38,359 bases of DNA from a virus (Duplodnaviria > Caudoviricetes), in IMG/VR virus record IMGVR_UViG_3300037358_000195, positions 1 through 38,359 of that record; one strand, written 5' to 3'. The position numbers and the translations under genes were made by a program. Shown here one piece after another: positions 15,450-24,572 of this stretch (its first letter is position 1; every line of letters begins with the position of its first letter). The notes beneath the pieces are model-generated. The model was not told the DNA's origin and made no database searches. It was given only the letters and a program-made list of their open reading frames with translations.

Positions 15450-15767
15450 ATGAGCCAGTTCGACGATGCCATTGGCTCGATGTTCAGCCAGGCGTTCGAT
15501 ATCATAGGCGGAACGGCATGCACTTACGCCGGCACGAATTACAACGGGGTCTTTGATTCGTTTGCGACGGAACTCGAGCTGGTGATTGGCGGCAAGGTGC
15601 AGCGGGCGCGCGGGCAGATCGTCATCCCTCTTTCACAATTCGCGGTCGAGGCCGAGACGCCTGCAGCGCAGAAGACGATCCTGGTCGGAACGCAGGCCTG
15701 GCGCATTATCAAGGTGGACGCGGACGAGCTGGCCTTTACCTGTTACCTCGGAGGGGTGAACGAATGA
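15450..15767 (+). CDS. Head closure / head-tail joining protein (gpFII-like position)
   Basis: 105 aa, beta-rich, position in the neck module. Confidence 0.6.
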   Translation: MSQFDDAIGSMFSQAFDIIGGTACTYAGTNYNGVFDSFATELELVIGGKVQRARGQIVIPLSQFAVEAETPAAQKTILVGTQAWRIIKVDADELAFTCYLGGVNE

Positions 15768-16171
15768 TGACGCTGCTTCTCAGCGAGGCCTCGGTCGTGG
15801 CGCTCATCACCGCGGCGCCGGTACCGGAGGCGCTCGATGGCGTTAACGTCTATGCGGCCACCCAGGATGGAGAGCGGGAGCTGCCGTGCATCGTTGTGGA
15901 ATGCACCCAGTTGAAGCCGCTCGGATCGAGCGCGATCGCGTCCGCTGAACTCTCCGTAACGCTCCACGCCCACGCGGAGGATGTTACGGCCGCGCAGCAC
16001 GCAGCGTGGTTCGATGCGCTTACCACGCTGCTGTATAATCAGCCGTGGAAGGGCCTGGAGATCGCCGGCGTCCATTTCTACGGCGCCCATCTCGGCGTCC
16101 GGGACGCGCGCAAGGAAGGGTTTCATTGGGTCGCCGAACTAAGGATTCGCGCCGGCCAGGGCGCGCTCTGA
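15764..16171 (+). CDS. Tail terminator-like protein
   Basis: LPCIVV motif, 135 aa, precedes the putative tube gene. Confidence 0.55.
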   Translation: MMTLLLSEASVVALITAAPVPEALDGVNVYAATQDGERELPCIVVECTQLKPLGSSAIASAELSVTLHAHAEDVTAAQHAAWFDALTTLLYNQPWKGLEIAGVHFYGAHLGVRDARKEGFHWVAELRIRAGQGAL

Positions 16172-16193
16172 CTTTGACAAAGGAAAACGTGGT

Positions 16194-16520
16194 ATGCCTG
16201 CCAGCGAAGTCTCCTTCGGCGTAACGCTCAACTCCGGAAGCCTAATCGATGCGGTGGACACCGAGGATCTGATCGAGACCAAGGCACTCAAGGGGAGCAA
16301 CGGGGAGGTCGCGAAAGTCCACACCTTCAACCCGACCTTCAAGGGCAGCGTGAAGGGCCATGGCGTCTGCACCGTGGCCGTGGGCGTCGGCGATCCCGGC
16401 GTCAGCAGCATCAGCGGCGGCGTCACGGTCATCAACTCGTTCAAGAACATGGAGAAGAACGACGACTTCGACGGCTGGGAATACAGCTTCGAGAATTACC
16501 CGAACGCAACCTCACTCTAA
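16194..16520 (+). CDS. Putative minimal tail tube protein, 108 aa
   Basis: All-beta pattern with ALKGSNGEV hairpin and EKNDDFDGWEYS end; position upstream of the chaperone and tape measure genes. Confidence 0.55.
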   Translation: MPASEVSFGVTLNSGSLIDAVDTEDLIETKALKGSNGEVAKVHTFNPTFKGSVKGHGVCTVAVGVGDPGVSSISGGVTVINSFKNMEKNDDFDGWEYSFENYPNATSL

Positions 16521-16522
16521 TT

Positions 16523-16876
16523 ATGTCGAACGAAATTTCAGCGAGTCTCTCCATCAGCATCAGCTTCGGCGCCGACTCGGTCTCGGGATCGGCGGCGTTC
16601 AAGGCCAGCGCGCAGGCGAATGGCTTTTCCGAGAACGAGCAGCTCATCGGAACCACGGCAACGGCGCTTGATTTCGAGAATCAGACGACGCCGCAGCTCG
16701 TGTTCATCAAGAACCTGGACCCGAATAACTACGTCCAGATCGACGCCAATAACAGTTTCAACGGGTTCCCCCAGAAGTTGCTCCCTGGGGAAGCGATCCT
16801 CCTCACTCCGGAGACGGGGACGATTTACGCGAAAGCGAATGTCGCGGCCGTGCTGCTCGCGGTCGTGGTGTGCTGA
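16523..16876 (+). CDS. Hypothetical structural protein, 117 aa
   Basis: Beta-rich, FIKNLDPNNYV...LLPGE jelly-roll-like pattern. Confidence 0.7.
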   Translation: MSNEISASLSISISFGADSVSGSAAFKASAQANGFSENEQLIGTTATALDFENQTTPQLVFIKNLDPNNYVQIDANNSFNGFPQKLLPGEAILLTPETGTIYAKANVAAVLLAVVVC

Positions 16877-16895
16877 CGCCGCTTCCAATTTTCCA

Positions 16896-17141
16896 ATGAA
16901 CGCCCACGCAAAACGCAAGCTGGCTCAAATCCGCGGCGAAAAGCGCGTCCTCGAGCAGAACCTCGAGATCCACAAGAAGCAGCTTCTCACGGCGAAGGAG
17001 GGTCAGTTCAAGGCGATGCTCGAGAAGAGCATTGCGACGGACGGCGAGCGCATCGAGTGCCTGGCCGCGATGGCGGAAGCGCTGGCCCCGCTGGCCGGCC
17101 AGCCAGGCGTGACGCCTGGACCCAGTAAACCTCCGGCGTAG
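16896..17141 (+). CDS. Hypothetical coiled-coil protein, 81 aa
   Basis: ATG 16896 MNAHAKRKLAQ within the ORF-track frame 16620-17141. Confidence 0.65.
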   Translation: MNAHAKRKLAQIRGEKRVLEQNLEIHKKQLLTAKEGQFKAMLEKSIATDGERIECLAAMAEALAPLAGQPGVTPGPSKPPA

Positions 17142-17179
17142 CCGGATCAAAAGCGGCAGTAGCCGCAACCAAGATCACT

Positions 17180-17617
17180 ATGCAAAAAGGCGACAAGTTC
17201 GTTCGCATCAACGAGGTGGACACCGATCCGCTTCATTCCCCGAACACCATTATGATGGTGTGCCTCCTCACCCTCGGGATTCCGCTGGCGGAGCCGTTCA
17301 AGGATACGCGCGAGTTACTGCCCAACGGCGGCAAACGCCGCGAGACAATCTGGGTGCTCAAGGAAAAGAGCGAGTGTGACCAGTACGATACCGCGGAAAT
17401 GGTTCGCGCCTGGCACGAGCCGGATTGGGCGAAAAATAATCCGGAGCATCCGCTTGCTTATATGAAGCTGGCTTTCGAGAACCATACCCGCGCCGTCGAT
17501 CATTTGAAGCGCGACGTGCCGTTGGCGCTCATCCGAAAGGGGAAGAAGATCGCGCTGATTCCTTTCAACGCGGACGCCAAAACCAAAAACGGGCTGCTTT
17601 CCCTGCTGGCCAAATGA
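17180..17617 (+). CDS. Hypothetical protein, 145 aa
   Basis: ATG ORF in the + strand gene run. Confidence 0.75.
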   Translation: MQKGDKFVRINEVDTDPLHSPNTIMMVCLLTLGIPLAEPFKDTRELLPNGGKRRETIWVLKEKSECDQYDTAEMVRAWHEPDWAKNNPEHPLAYMKLAFENHTRAVDHLKRDVPLALIRKGKKIALIPFNADAKTKNGLLSLLAK

Positions 17618-17642
17618 CCAGGGATGATCCCTGGACCCAAAT

Positions 17643-18119
17643 ATGAACGAACAAACCCAGGGGGAAAGGGATTTCGCAAACCTCGCGGCCTTCATCCAGC
17701 CGGACGAGCCGGTGGTCGCCGGCGTCACGCTGCGCCCGCTCTCGGCCGGGAGCTACGCGCTCCTGGGCGTGACCAAGAACGAGCTGATCAATCCGACGGG
17801 CGAGGAGATCGAGGTCCCGGACCCGAAGACGGGCGCAATCGTCAAACGCCGGCAGCCGCGTAACGCGGAGCTGGAGGCATTGGCATTCATCTTCATTCAT
17901 GCGGCGCCGCTGGCGCACGTGCGTCGCGTGGCGTTCAACGAGCAGCTCTTCCGCGAGGCTGTCCTGGCATGGGCCGATGAATTGCCGATGGATGCGCTCG
18001 CCGGCGCGCTCGAGCAGATCGGGACGATCCTCGCCCCGCTGTCCACGGCCAAGGTCGAGATCGCGCCGAAGCCGCTGGCCCCAGGGGTCAAACCGGATTC
18101 GCCGCCCCCAAACTCGTAG
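17643..18119 (+). CDS. Tail assembly chaperone (gpG-like)
   Basis: TLRPLSAG motif; ends with the slippery heptamer CCCAAAC just before its stop. Confidence 0.75.
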   Translation: MNEQTQGERDFANLAAFIQPDEPVVAGVTLRPLSAGSYALLGVTKNELINPTGEEIEVPDPKTGAIVKRRQPRNAELEALAFIFIHAAPLAHVRRVAFNEQLFREAVLAWADELPMDALAGALEQIGTILAPLSTAKVEIAPKPLAPGVKPDSPPPNS

Positions 18120-18322
18120 AGCCAATCTGGATCGCCTCGCGCATTCTCAGGTTGGCGAAGATTACTAATTGGGACGAGGAATTCCTGACCTGGCGATTGC
18201 CTCTCCCGCGGTTCCTTCAATACGAGCACGCGGACATGCGCGAGGAGGGTCATTGGACGGTGATCCCGAGCGCGCCGGCGGAAGATCAGTTTTACAAGCT
18301 GCTCCAGGATTATGGCGGATGA
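18107..18322 (+). CDS. -1 frameshift extension of the tail chaperone (gpT-like), not in the ORF track
   Basis: C CCA AAC at 18107-18113; the -1 frame is open to TGA 18320-18322: KLVEPIWIASRILRLAKITNWDEEFLTWRLPLPRFLQYEHADMREEGHW... Confidence 0.8.
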   Translation, partial: PKLVEPIWIASRILRLAKITNWDEEFLTWRLPLPRFLQYEHADMREEGHWTVIPSAPAEDQFYKLLQDYGG

Positions 18323-19049
18323 AGTTTTCGATATCGACGCGACCGCGTTCAACCGCGGCCTCGAGCTGCTTCGGCGCATCGTCCCGAAGGAGACGAACGT
18401 CCTTCTGAAACAGGTCGCCGGAAACTTCGTCAAGAAGGTGGTCTCGATCACGCCTCCCGCCGGCGGCGGCCGGACCGGCCTCGATGCGCGCCGCGCGGGC
18501 GAGCGCTCCATCGACCGGGACCTCGATGCCGTCTTTGAAGGGCGCCCCCGGATCGGCCGGCGCCAAGTCAAGAAGGTATTCGGTCACACGCCGAAAAGTC
18601 CGATCTTCGTGAAGACGAAGGTGCTCTATCCCGACGTGAAAAAAATCTATGAGGAGCGGGCGCGGAAGGATTTCTACGGCCGGAAGGTGATGACGCGGGG
18701 ACAGCGCGCGGCCTATTACGTCGATATCTATCAGCTCGATGCGCTGAGGAAGTCCCTGAAAAAGCGGGTCGGTTTCCTCGCGGCCGGCTGGAACGCGGCG
18801 GCCGAGGCCCTGGGAGTCAAGCTGCCGGCGTGGATTCGCAAGATCGGCACGGCATTCGGGATGATCATCATGGACCTGAAGGAGGACGAAGGACTCTCGC
18901 GCATCTCCATTATCCACGCGGTCGAGTGGAACCTGAACGTCGAGGGGTTCGAGCGGCGAATCCAGAGCGCCCTGGATATGCAGGCCGGGGCCATGAATCG
19001 ACAAGCCGACTACCTGATTGAGAAGGCGGCTAGAAGCTCAGGCTTTTAG
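18312..19049 (+). CDS. Basic tail completion protein (HK97 gp10-like)
   Basis: ITPP motif, GFLAAGW, very basic; located before the tape measure gene. Confidence 0.6.
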   Translation: MADEVFDIDATAFNRGLELLRRIVPKETNVLLKQVAGNFVKKVVSITPPAGGGRTGLDARRAGERSIDRDLDAVFEGRPRIGRRQVKKVFGHTPKSPIFVKTKVLYPDVKKIYEERARKDFYGRKVMTRGQRAAYYVDIYQLDALRKSLKKRVGFLAAGWNAAAEALGVKLPAWIRKIGTAFGMIIMDLKEDEGLSRISIIHAVEWNLNVEGFERRIQSALDMQAGAMNRQADYLIEKAARSSGF

Positions 19050-19073
19050 CCCTCTTAGAAGAAACCCAAAGGG

Positions 19074-19169
19074 TTAAAGAGCCAAAGCCCAGAACAAACC
19101 AACAGCCACAACCCCAAGAGCAACCACTCCCAGGTAAAGCAGCACACCATTAAACAGGGCCTTAATCAC
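19074..19169 (-). CDS. Small antisense transmembrane peptide, 31 aa (MIKALFNGVLLYLGVVALGVVAVGLFWALAL)
   Basis: GTG 19169 to TAA 19074; fills the low-GC gap before the tape measure gene; almost entirely hydrophobic. Confidence 0.55.
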   Translation of the reverse strand: MIKALFNGVLLYLGVVALGVVAVGLFWALAL

Positions 19170-19178
19170 ACGTAAATC

Positions 19179-21767
19179 ATGGCACAGCTACGGTCAGACA
19201 TCCAGCTTAATTGCGCCCAGTTCCTCGGGGCCATTGGCCAGGTCAACGAGGCGGTCGAGGGGGTGAAATCCTCCTTCCGGTCGGCCCTGGTACAACTGGC
19301 TTTCCTGCGGGAAGGATTCGAGACGGTAAGGGAGGCAGCCGATAAAATCCGCGAGGCCGTGAACCTGGGGGCGGAAATGAAGGACCTCAGCCTCGCGACC
19401 GGGCAGCCGGTCCGGGACCTGGTAGTCTTGCGCCAGGCGTTCGAGAACTGCGGCATGGGCGCGGATGGCGTCCAGATGCCCCTGGCCCGGCTCCAGAAGG
19501 CGCTCGCGGGAACGAATGAGGATGGGCTCGATACCACCGGCGTTTTCCAGCGGCTGGGTCTCAGCATTAACCAGCTCCGGAGCGAATCGGCCGTGGAACA
19601 GATCGCCACCCTCCAGCGGGCATTCGCCGGCATTGATGACGCCACGGAGCGCACCGGCCTGGCAATGCAACTCTTCGGCAAGCGCGGGGCCCAGATGCTC
19701 GCCCTCCTCATGGATAAGGACGCGCTCGAAACCGCGAGGCAGCAGGTGGGCGGCCTTGGCGATACCCTGGATAAGAACGCGGAGAAGTTCCATCAATTCG
19801 AAGTGGCCATCAACGGGGTGAAAACCAAGATGCTCGAATTCACCGCGGCGATCGCGGGCAACCTTTCGGACGGCGGGTTCTTCGAGAAGCTGAGCAAGAT
19901 GGACTTTACCGGGATCGGCGCATCCATCGGATCGGCCCTCAGCGCCGCGGCTGCCGGCGGCATGCGCCTCCTGGAGGCGGCCAAGGCGCTCGCGCCGATC
20001 CTGGCAGCCATCGGCGCCGTGATGGCCATGAACAGCCTGAAGGCCAAGCTCTTCGCCGTGAGCATGTCGGAGATCGGGATCTCCGGGAAGCTCGCCGGCG
20101 TCGGCATGATGACGCTGACCCAGGCGTTCAATAATGTGCGGGTGCAGATCGACCTTCTCACGATCCGGATGCAGGCGCAGAACGTCACCCTCCTCGAGCT
20201 GCTCGCCACCGCCCGGGCGACCTTCGCGGGAATGCTGGTTGCCGCGCGGGAGGCGGCTGCCGGCATCATCGCGGCCTTTGGCCCGGTCGGGATCGCTCTG
20301 ATGGCGGCGACCTTCATCTATCAGAAGATGATGGAGAAGCAGCAACAGATGGAAGCGATGATCAGCGCCTCGAACGGCGTGAACCGTGAGACCGAGGACC
20401 TAGTGAAGCGGAACGCGGCGATGCTGGCCAACATCAGCAGCGAGCAGGACCGCACGGATGCCGCGAAGAGCCTTGCCGAGCAACTCGATGACGTCCACGA
20501 GAAGCTCAAGCACGTCGACGATGATTATGCGAACCTCGATGACTCAGGCAAAGCGACCGTCACGCAAGGGCTGCAAATCCAGGCTGATTCGATTGCCCTG
20601 CAGCAAAAGGAACTGTCGAAGATTCCAGACCTGGTGATGCGGGCGCGCGCGGAAGAGAAGGCCCGCGCGGAGGCGCTGGCGGAAAGCGCCCAGCAAGCCG
20701 CGAAGCTGCGGACTGAAATGGCGGGGCTGCTCGATGCTTACGACAAGAAACAGGCGATTGCGCAGCGGGGCTCGGATAGCGCGGATGACCAGCGCCAGGA
20801 CGTTCTCAATTCGTTGCCGGTCCAGGGCGCGGATGAAAACTGGATCGCCGCGAAGATCAAAGAGCTGCGGGACAAACCGGAGAAGTCCGATGACGAGCTG
20901 GTGGAACTCAAGCAGTTGATCGACGCGAGCGAGCAGCTCGACGAAATCAACAAGAAGCGCAAGGAGGCCGGCGAGACGACGCAGGCGGCCGCGGCGAAGA
21001 TCGCTATCCTGAAAGCGGAACTCGACGGGAACTCCCGGCTGATCGAATCGCTCGAGCGCCAACAGAAGATCATCGAACGCACGAAGCAGTTGCGCCAGGC
21101 CGGCGTCAGCAATCCGGAAGCCGAGGCGCGGAAGGAAGTCGAGGCCGAGGCCGCAGTCCAGGCGCAGACGGCGCAACGCGCGCACGCGCTGAAGATGGAA
21201 GGGATCGCGGCGGAGCTGGCCGGCGACCAGACGCACCTTGCCGCGCTCGAGGATGCCGAGAAGCTGCAGCAGCGGATCGCGGAGCTGCGGAAGCAGGGCG
21301 ATCCGAATGCCGACCAGGACGCCGCGGCGGAACAGGCCGGAGAGAGGGCGCTGCGTAATAAGAAGCGCGGCGAGTACGAACAGACCTTCGCCCTGGACTC
21401 CGCGCGGCTGCTTGCAGAGGCCCGGGGCGACACCAAGTCCATGCGGGAGATCGACCATCAAAAGCGCGTCGGCGAATTGACCAAGGAGATGGTGGGCGCC
21501 GGCGTCAATAAGGATCAGGCGTCGAAACTTGCGGAGACCAGGGCCAGCCTCGAGGAAAGCCTGAAGGGCGATGGCTCACCGGCAGCGAGCGCGTTGCGGC
21601 GCATCGGCGGCGGCGGCGGCGCAGGCGGGGGAGACCCGGCGATGGCGGAGCGCCGTAAGCAATCGACGCTGATGAGCACGATGGTAGATCAGCTCAAGGA
21701 GCTGAATAAGAAGATCAAGGCCGACAGCAATCCGCAGATCAACACCGGCGTTTTCGCCTATCCATAA
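19179..21767 (+). CDS. Tape measure protein, 862 aa
   Basis: Helical, Ala-rich; LAMQLFGKRGAQMLALL motif, central hydrophobic segments, SALRRIGGGG near the C-terminus. Confidence 0.9.
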   Translation: MAQLRSDIQLNCAQFLGAIGQVNEAVEGVKSSFRSALVQLAFLREGFETVREAADKIREAVNLGAEMKDLSLATGQPVRDLVVLRQAFENCGMGADGVQMPLARLQKALAGTNEDGLDTTGVFQRLGLSINQLRSESAVEQIATLQRAFAGIDDATERTGLAMQLFGKRGAQMLALLMDKDALETARQQVGGLGDTLDKNAEKFHQFEVAINGVKTKMLEFTAAIAGNLSDGGFFEKLSKMDFTGIGASIGSALSAAAAGGMRLLEAAKALAPILAAIGAVMAMNSLKAKLFAVSMSEIGISGKLAGVGMMTLTQAFNNVRVQIDLLTIRMQAQNVTLLELLATARATFAGMLVAAREAAAGIIAAFGPVGIALMAATFIYQKMMEKQQQMEAMISASNGVNRETEDLVKRNAAMLANISSEQDRTDAAKSLAEQLDDVHEKLKHVDDDYANLDDSGKATVTQGLQIQADSIALQQKELSKIPDLVMRARAEEKARAEALAESAQQAAKLRTEMAGLLDAYDKKQAIAQRGSDSADDQRQDVLNSLPVQGADENWIAAKIKELRDKPEKSDDELVELKQLIDASEQLDEINKKRKEAGETTQAAAAKIAILKAELDGNSRLIESLERQQKIIERTKQLRQAGVSNPEAEARKEVEAEAAVQAQTAQRAHALKMEGIAAELAGDQTHLAALEDAEKLQQRIAELRKQGDPNADQDAAAEQAGERALRNKKRGEYEQTFALDSARLLAEARGDTKSMREIDHQKRVGELTKEMVGAGVNKDQASKLAETRASLEESLKGDGSPAASALRRIGGGGGAGGGDPAMAERRKQSTLMSTMVDQLKELNKKIKADSNPQINTGVFAYP

Positions 21768-22516
21768 TGAGCTATCAACCTTCGGGATCACCGCTTGCAT
21801 TGTTCGGCGCCGGCGGCGGCGTTGACCGCCATGGCATCGTCAGCCTCAAGATACCTTATTGGGTTAGTAACATCATAGATGCTTACAGCTTCTTCCCTTC
21901 CGATCTGAACAGCCTCGGGCTGCCGTGCGTGGGACGGCAAATCGCGCAGAGCGAGGAAGGCGGGTATAAAGTTGATTTTCTCTTCGACGGCGCGAGCGAT
22001 ACTTACACGTTTGCTTCCGACACGACGACGTTCTCGCTCGATGTCACGATGAGCGACGATCCAATCCAGAGCCACCCGGCTTTCGGAGATACCAAGGCCG
22101 CAATCGGCATAGGGACAAAGTACGGTTGGGACCCAATCAAAAAGGAATTTGCGCAGTTCCTGCCGGCGACTCCGCAGACCAATCCTCTCTCGGGCCAGAA
22201 CCAGACGACAGCCAATACGCCGAACCCGCTCTACGGTACGCAAAGCTATCTTGCCGTCGGTGCGACCTATGAGCAGAGCTTCGCCTCCCGGAGCATCCTT
22301 CAAAGCTGGTTCCTCGGGATCGGAGCGATTGTTTCGCGTCCGCCAGGCATCGTGAATTTCCAGCTTCCGGCCGGCGCGCAAACCCGGAACTGGCTTTATC
22401 TCGCGCCGAAGATAGTGCTCCGGGGCAACGTGATCCAGGTCACGCTGCGTTGGATGATGTCCGGGCCGGCCGGATGGAACACCGACGTTTACAGCAAGGG
22501 TCAGCTCGGAGGCTAG
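21767..22516 (+). CDS. Tail tip / distal tail protein
   Basis: Directly follows the tape measure gene; DPIQSHPAF and GWNTDVY motifs. Confidence 0.65.
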   Translation: MSYQPSGSPLALFGAGGGVDRHGIVSLKIPYWVSNIIDAYSFFPSDLNSLGLPCVGRQIAQSEEGGYKVDFLFDGASDTYTFASDTTTFSLDVTMSDDPIQSHPAFGDTKAAIGIGTKYGWDPIKKEFAQFLPATPQTNPLSGQNQTTANTPNPLYGTQSYLAVGATYEQSFASRSILQSWFLGIGAIVSRPPGIVNFQLPAGAQTRNWLYLAPKIVLRGNVIQVTLRWMMSGPAGWNTDVYSKGQLGG

Positions 22517-22535
22517 CCGGTGACCGGCGACAATT

Positions 22536-23174
22536 ATGTACGAGGAACTCGAAGCCCGGCCGGGCGAGGACATCACGCCGCGGAAATGGAACGCGCTGAA
22601 AGCCGCGGTCGCGGAGTTGCGGCTGCGGGCCGGGTACAACGTCCGGCTCCGGCGCGTCACCGGGGTGGCCACCACGATTTCCTTCGATGATACCAGCGGT
22701 CCGTTCGTGGGGCGGTTCGCGGTGACGCTCCTTCCCGGGCAGGGCGCAAAGATCAGCCAGGGCTTCGTGAATGCGAGCATCGAGCCGACAATCAACGGGG
22801 TGCCGATCAGCGGCGACTCGGCAAACAATGTTCCTCAGCCGGTCCTGCAATTCAGCACGCCGAAGGTAGGTGCCGACGGACGCGGCTGGATCGCGCTGCT
22901 TCTCACCGCAACCTCGAAGCTCACCATTGGCACCATCGAGGCCGTCCAGGTCGCTTCGCTCGATGCCAAGGCGATCCCGGGATCGGGAGGGCCGGTGACG
23001 AATGGTGGATCGCCCGCGATCCCCGGGAACCAGGCACTCCACCCGCTTGCGATGTTGATCAAACGCTCGAGCGGCGCCGTCGATCTCTTCCAGATCGAAT
23101 TCTTCAATCTCCAGTGGCGTCTCGCATATCGCCCGGGTGCCGGCGCCGCCCGCCATTTCTTTTACGCGTCTTGA
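22536..23174 (+). CDS. Tail tip protein
   Basis: Position; N-terminal RPGEDITPRKWNAL shared in style with the next gene (IPAAAWNAL). Confidence 0.65.
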   Translation: MYEELEARPGEDITPRKWNALKAAVAELRLRAGYNVRLRRVTGVATTISFDDTSGPFVGRFAVTLLPGQGAKISQGFVNASIEPTINGVPISGDSANNVPQPVLQFSTPKVGADGRGWIALLLTATSKLTIGTIEAVQVASLDAKAIPGSGGPVTNGGSPAIPGNQALHPLAMLIKRSSGAVDLFQIEFFNLQWRLAYRPGAGAARHFFYAS

Positions 23175-23241
23175 CTCGCCCACCATCCAGCCGCCGCCGT
23201 TCCCTTCCACCTCCTCGGAGGGGAATCTCCCCTCTACTTCC

Positions 23242-24264
23242 ATGAAAGTCCCGCTGATCCCTGCTGCCGCCTGGAACGCGCTGGTCGCCGACCTGCGCAC
23301 CTGCTACGCGCTCGAAGGACAGAATTGCAAGTTGCGGCGCGTGAATGGAGGGAGGGAGCGGATGGTGACGGCCGTGCCGTCCTACTCCTGGCGCCATCCC
23401 TTTCAGCTCCTGCCGCGCTGGGACCCTGGGAGCCAGCAATGGATGTGCGGGGTCGAGCCGGGATTCGTGAATGGGACGGATTGCGTAATCCAGACATTGC
23501 GAGCGCCGGCTGCCGGAGGAAAGCCCGTGCTGACGTGGGTACCGCTTACAGACCCGGTGCGGCCGGAATTCGCGCTCGCCTGGCGCAGCCTGATTCAGGG
23601 AGGTCTTACCGCGGACGACGCCGGCGATCTCATCAACACGCCCGGAGAGGGATACCCGTCTTATTTCGCGAGCCTCGGCGTCGTGCCGCCCGATCCTGGT
23701 ACCGGCGCGAAGCTGACGCTCCCCGATCCCACACGCACCCGGCAGCTCTGGGCCGGCGACGTGATTCTCTCGACGCCGGTCATCAGCTCGTCCACGTCGC
23801 CGACCGTCGAGCCTGACGGGACGATCACTTTCGATACCACTTTCGAAAACGCCTACTTCGCCAGCAACCCGCAGAACCAGATATTGCCGGAAACGAAGTA
23901 CGTTCCCAATCCGCCCCCCGATGCCTCGGACATCCTCAGCGGCGCCTACGTGCAGCCGAACAGCGATGATATCCTCATCGGCACCGTTTACGCGCTTTCA
24001 CCGCCCAACGCCAACGAGGACGATCCGCCGGACGCCACCTTTCAGATTTATCCGAAGCACAATCTTTTCTGGAACGTGGCGCACCAGGTCTCGAACGGCG
24101 GCTCTTATACGCCGCCCTCCAATCTCTCGCTCGTGACCGGGCTTGCGGGCGGCGTGGCCGACGGACTCATTGCCAGCCTGCTCGATCCGATCAACGACGA
24201 TTACAATCAGATGCTCGCCTACCTGAATGCCGCGACGACAACTGGCATCTATTGGACCGTATGA
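23242..24264 (+). CDS. Tail tip protein (start ATG 23242)
   Basis: MKVPLIPAAAWNALV...HPFQL...VEPGFVNG; similar N-terminal pattern to the previous gene. Confidence 0.65.
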   Translation: MKVPLIPAAAWNALVADLRTCYALEGQNCKLRRVNGGRERMVTAVPSYSWRHPFQLLPRWDPGSQQWMCGVEPGFVNGTDCVIQTLRAPAAGGKPVLTWVPLTDPVRPEFALAWRSLIQGGLTADDAGDLINTPGEGYPSYFASLGVVPPDPGTGAKLTLPDPTRTRQLWAGDVILSTPVISSSTSPTVEPDGTITFDTTFENAYFASNPQNQILPETKYVPNPPPDASDILSGAYVQPNSDDILIGTVYALSPPNANEDDPPDATFQIYPKHNLFWNVAHQVSNGGSYTPPSNLSLVTGLAGGVADGLIASLLDPINDDYNQMLAYLNAATTTGIYWTV

Positions 24265-24431
24265 GCCTCGACCCGAATCAGAACCGGCTGGCTGCGCTGC
24301 TCGCAGAGCAACAGGTCGAGCAGCTCGAGCCGGACTTCCCGTTCACGGCGATCCCGTTCGATGCGTCATTCTTCGGCGCGGACCAGGACCCGATCCTTCC
24401 CGACGGGAAAACGGCTTACGAATCGCAGTAA
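24261..24431 (+). CDS. Small hypothetical protein, 56 aa (MSLDPNQNRLAALLAEQQVEQLEPDFPFTAIPFDASFFG...), not in the ORF track
   Basis: ATGA overlap with the upstream stop; TAA 24429-24431. Confidence 0.65.
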   Translation: MSLDPNQNRLAALLAEQQVEQLEPDFPFTAIPFDASFFGADQDPILPDGKTAYESQ

Positions 24432-24501
24432 GTTGCTATCACAGCGTTGCGCGCTGCCGCGCGAGTTGTCCCCGCAGTCCCGTAGGACTACGCGACATGG
24501 A

Positions 24502-24558
24502 CGCCTCCGGCGGTTGATTTATGTCCTTACCTACCGGCGGTTCGGCGGGGCGTTGACA
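24502..24558 (+). promoter_or_regulatory. Repeated intergenic element, copy B (ends in TTGACA)
   Basis: 22-nt identity to 14898-14919 plus a similar 3' end. Confidence 0.75.
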
Positions 24559-24572
24559 CAATCAATGGGGCT

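Noticed and set aside
21606-21632. (CGG/GGC)n run as a phase-variable tract
   Set aside because: Encodes the glycine run of the tape measure C-terminal RIGGGG motif; triplet changes would not shift frame
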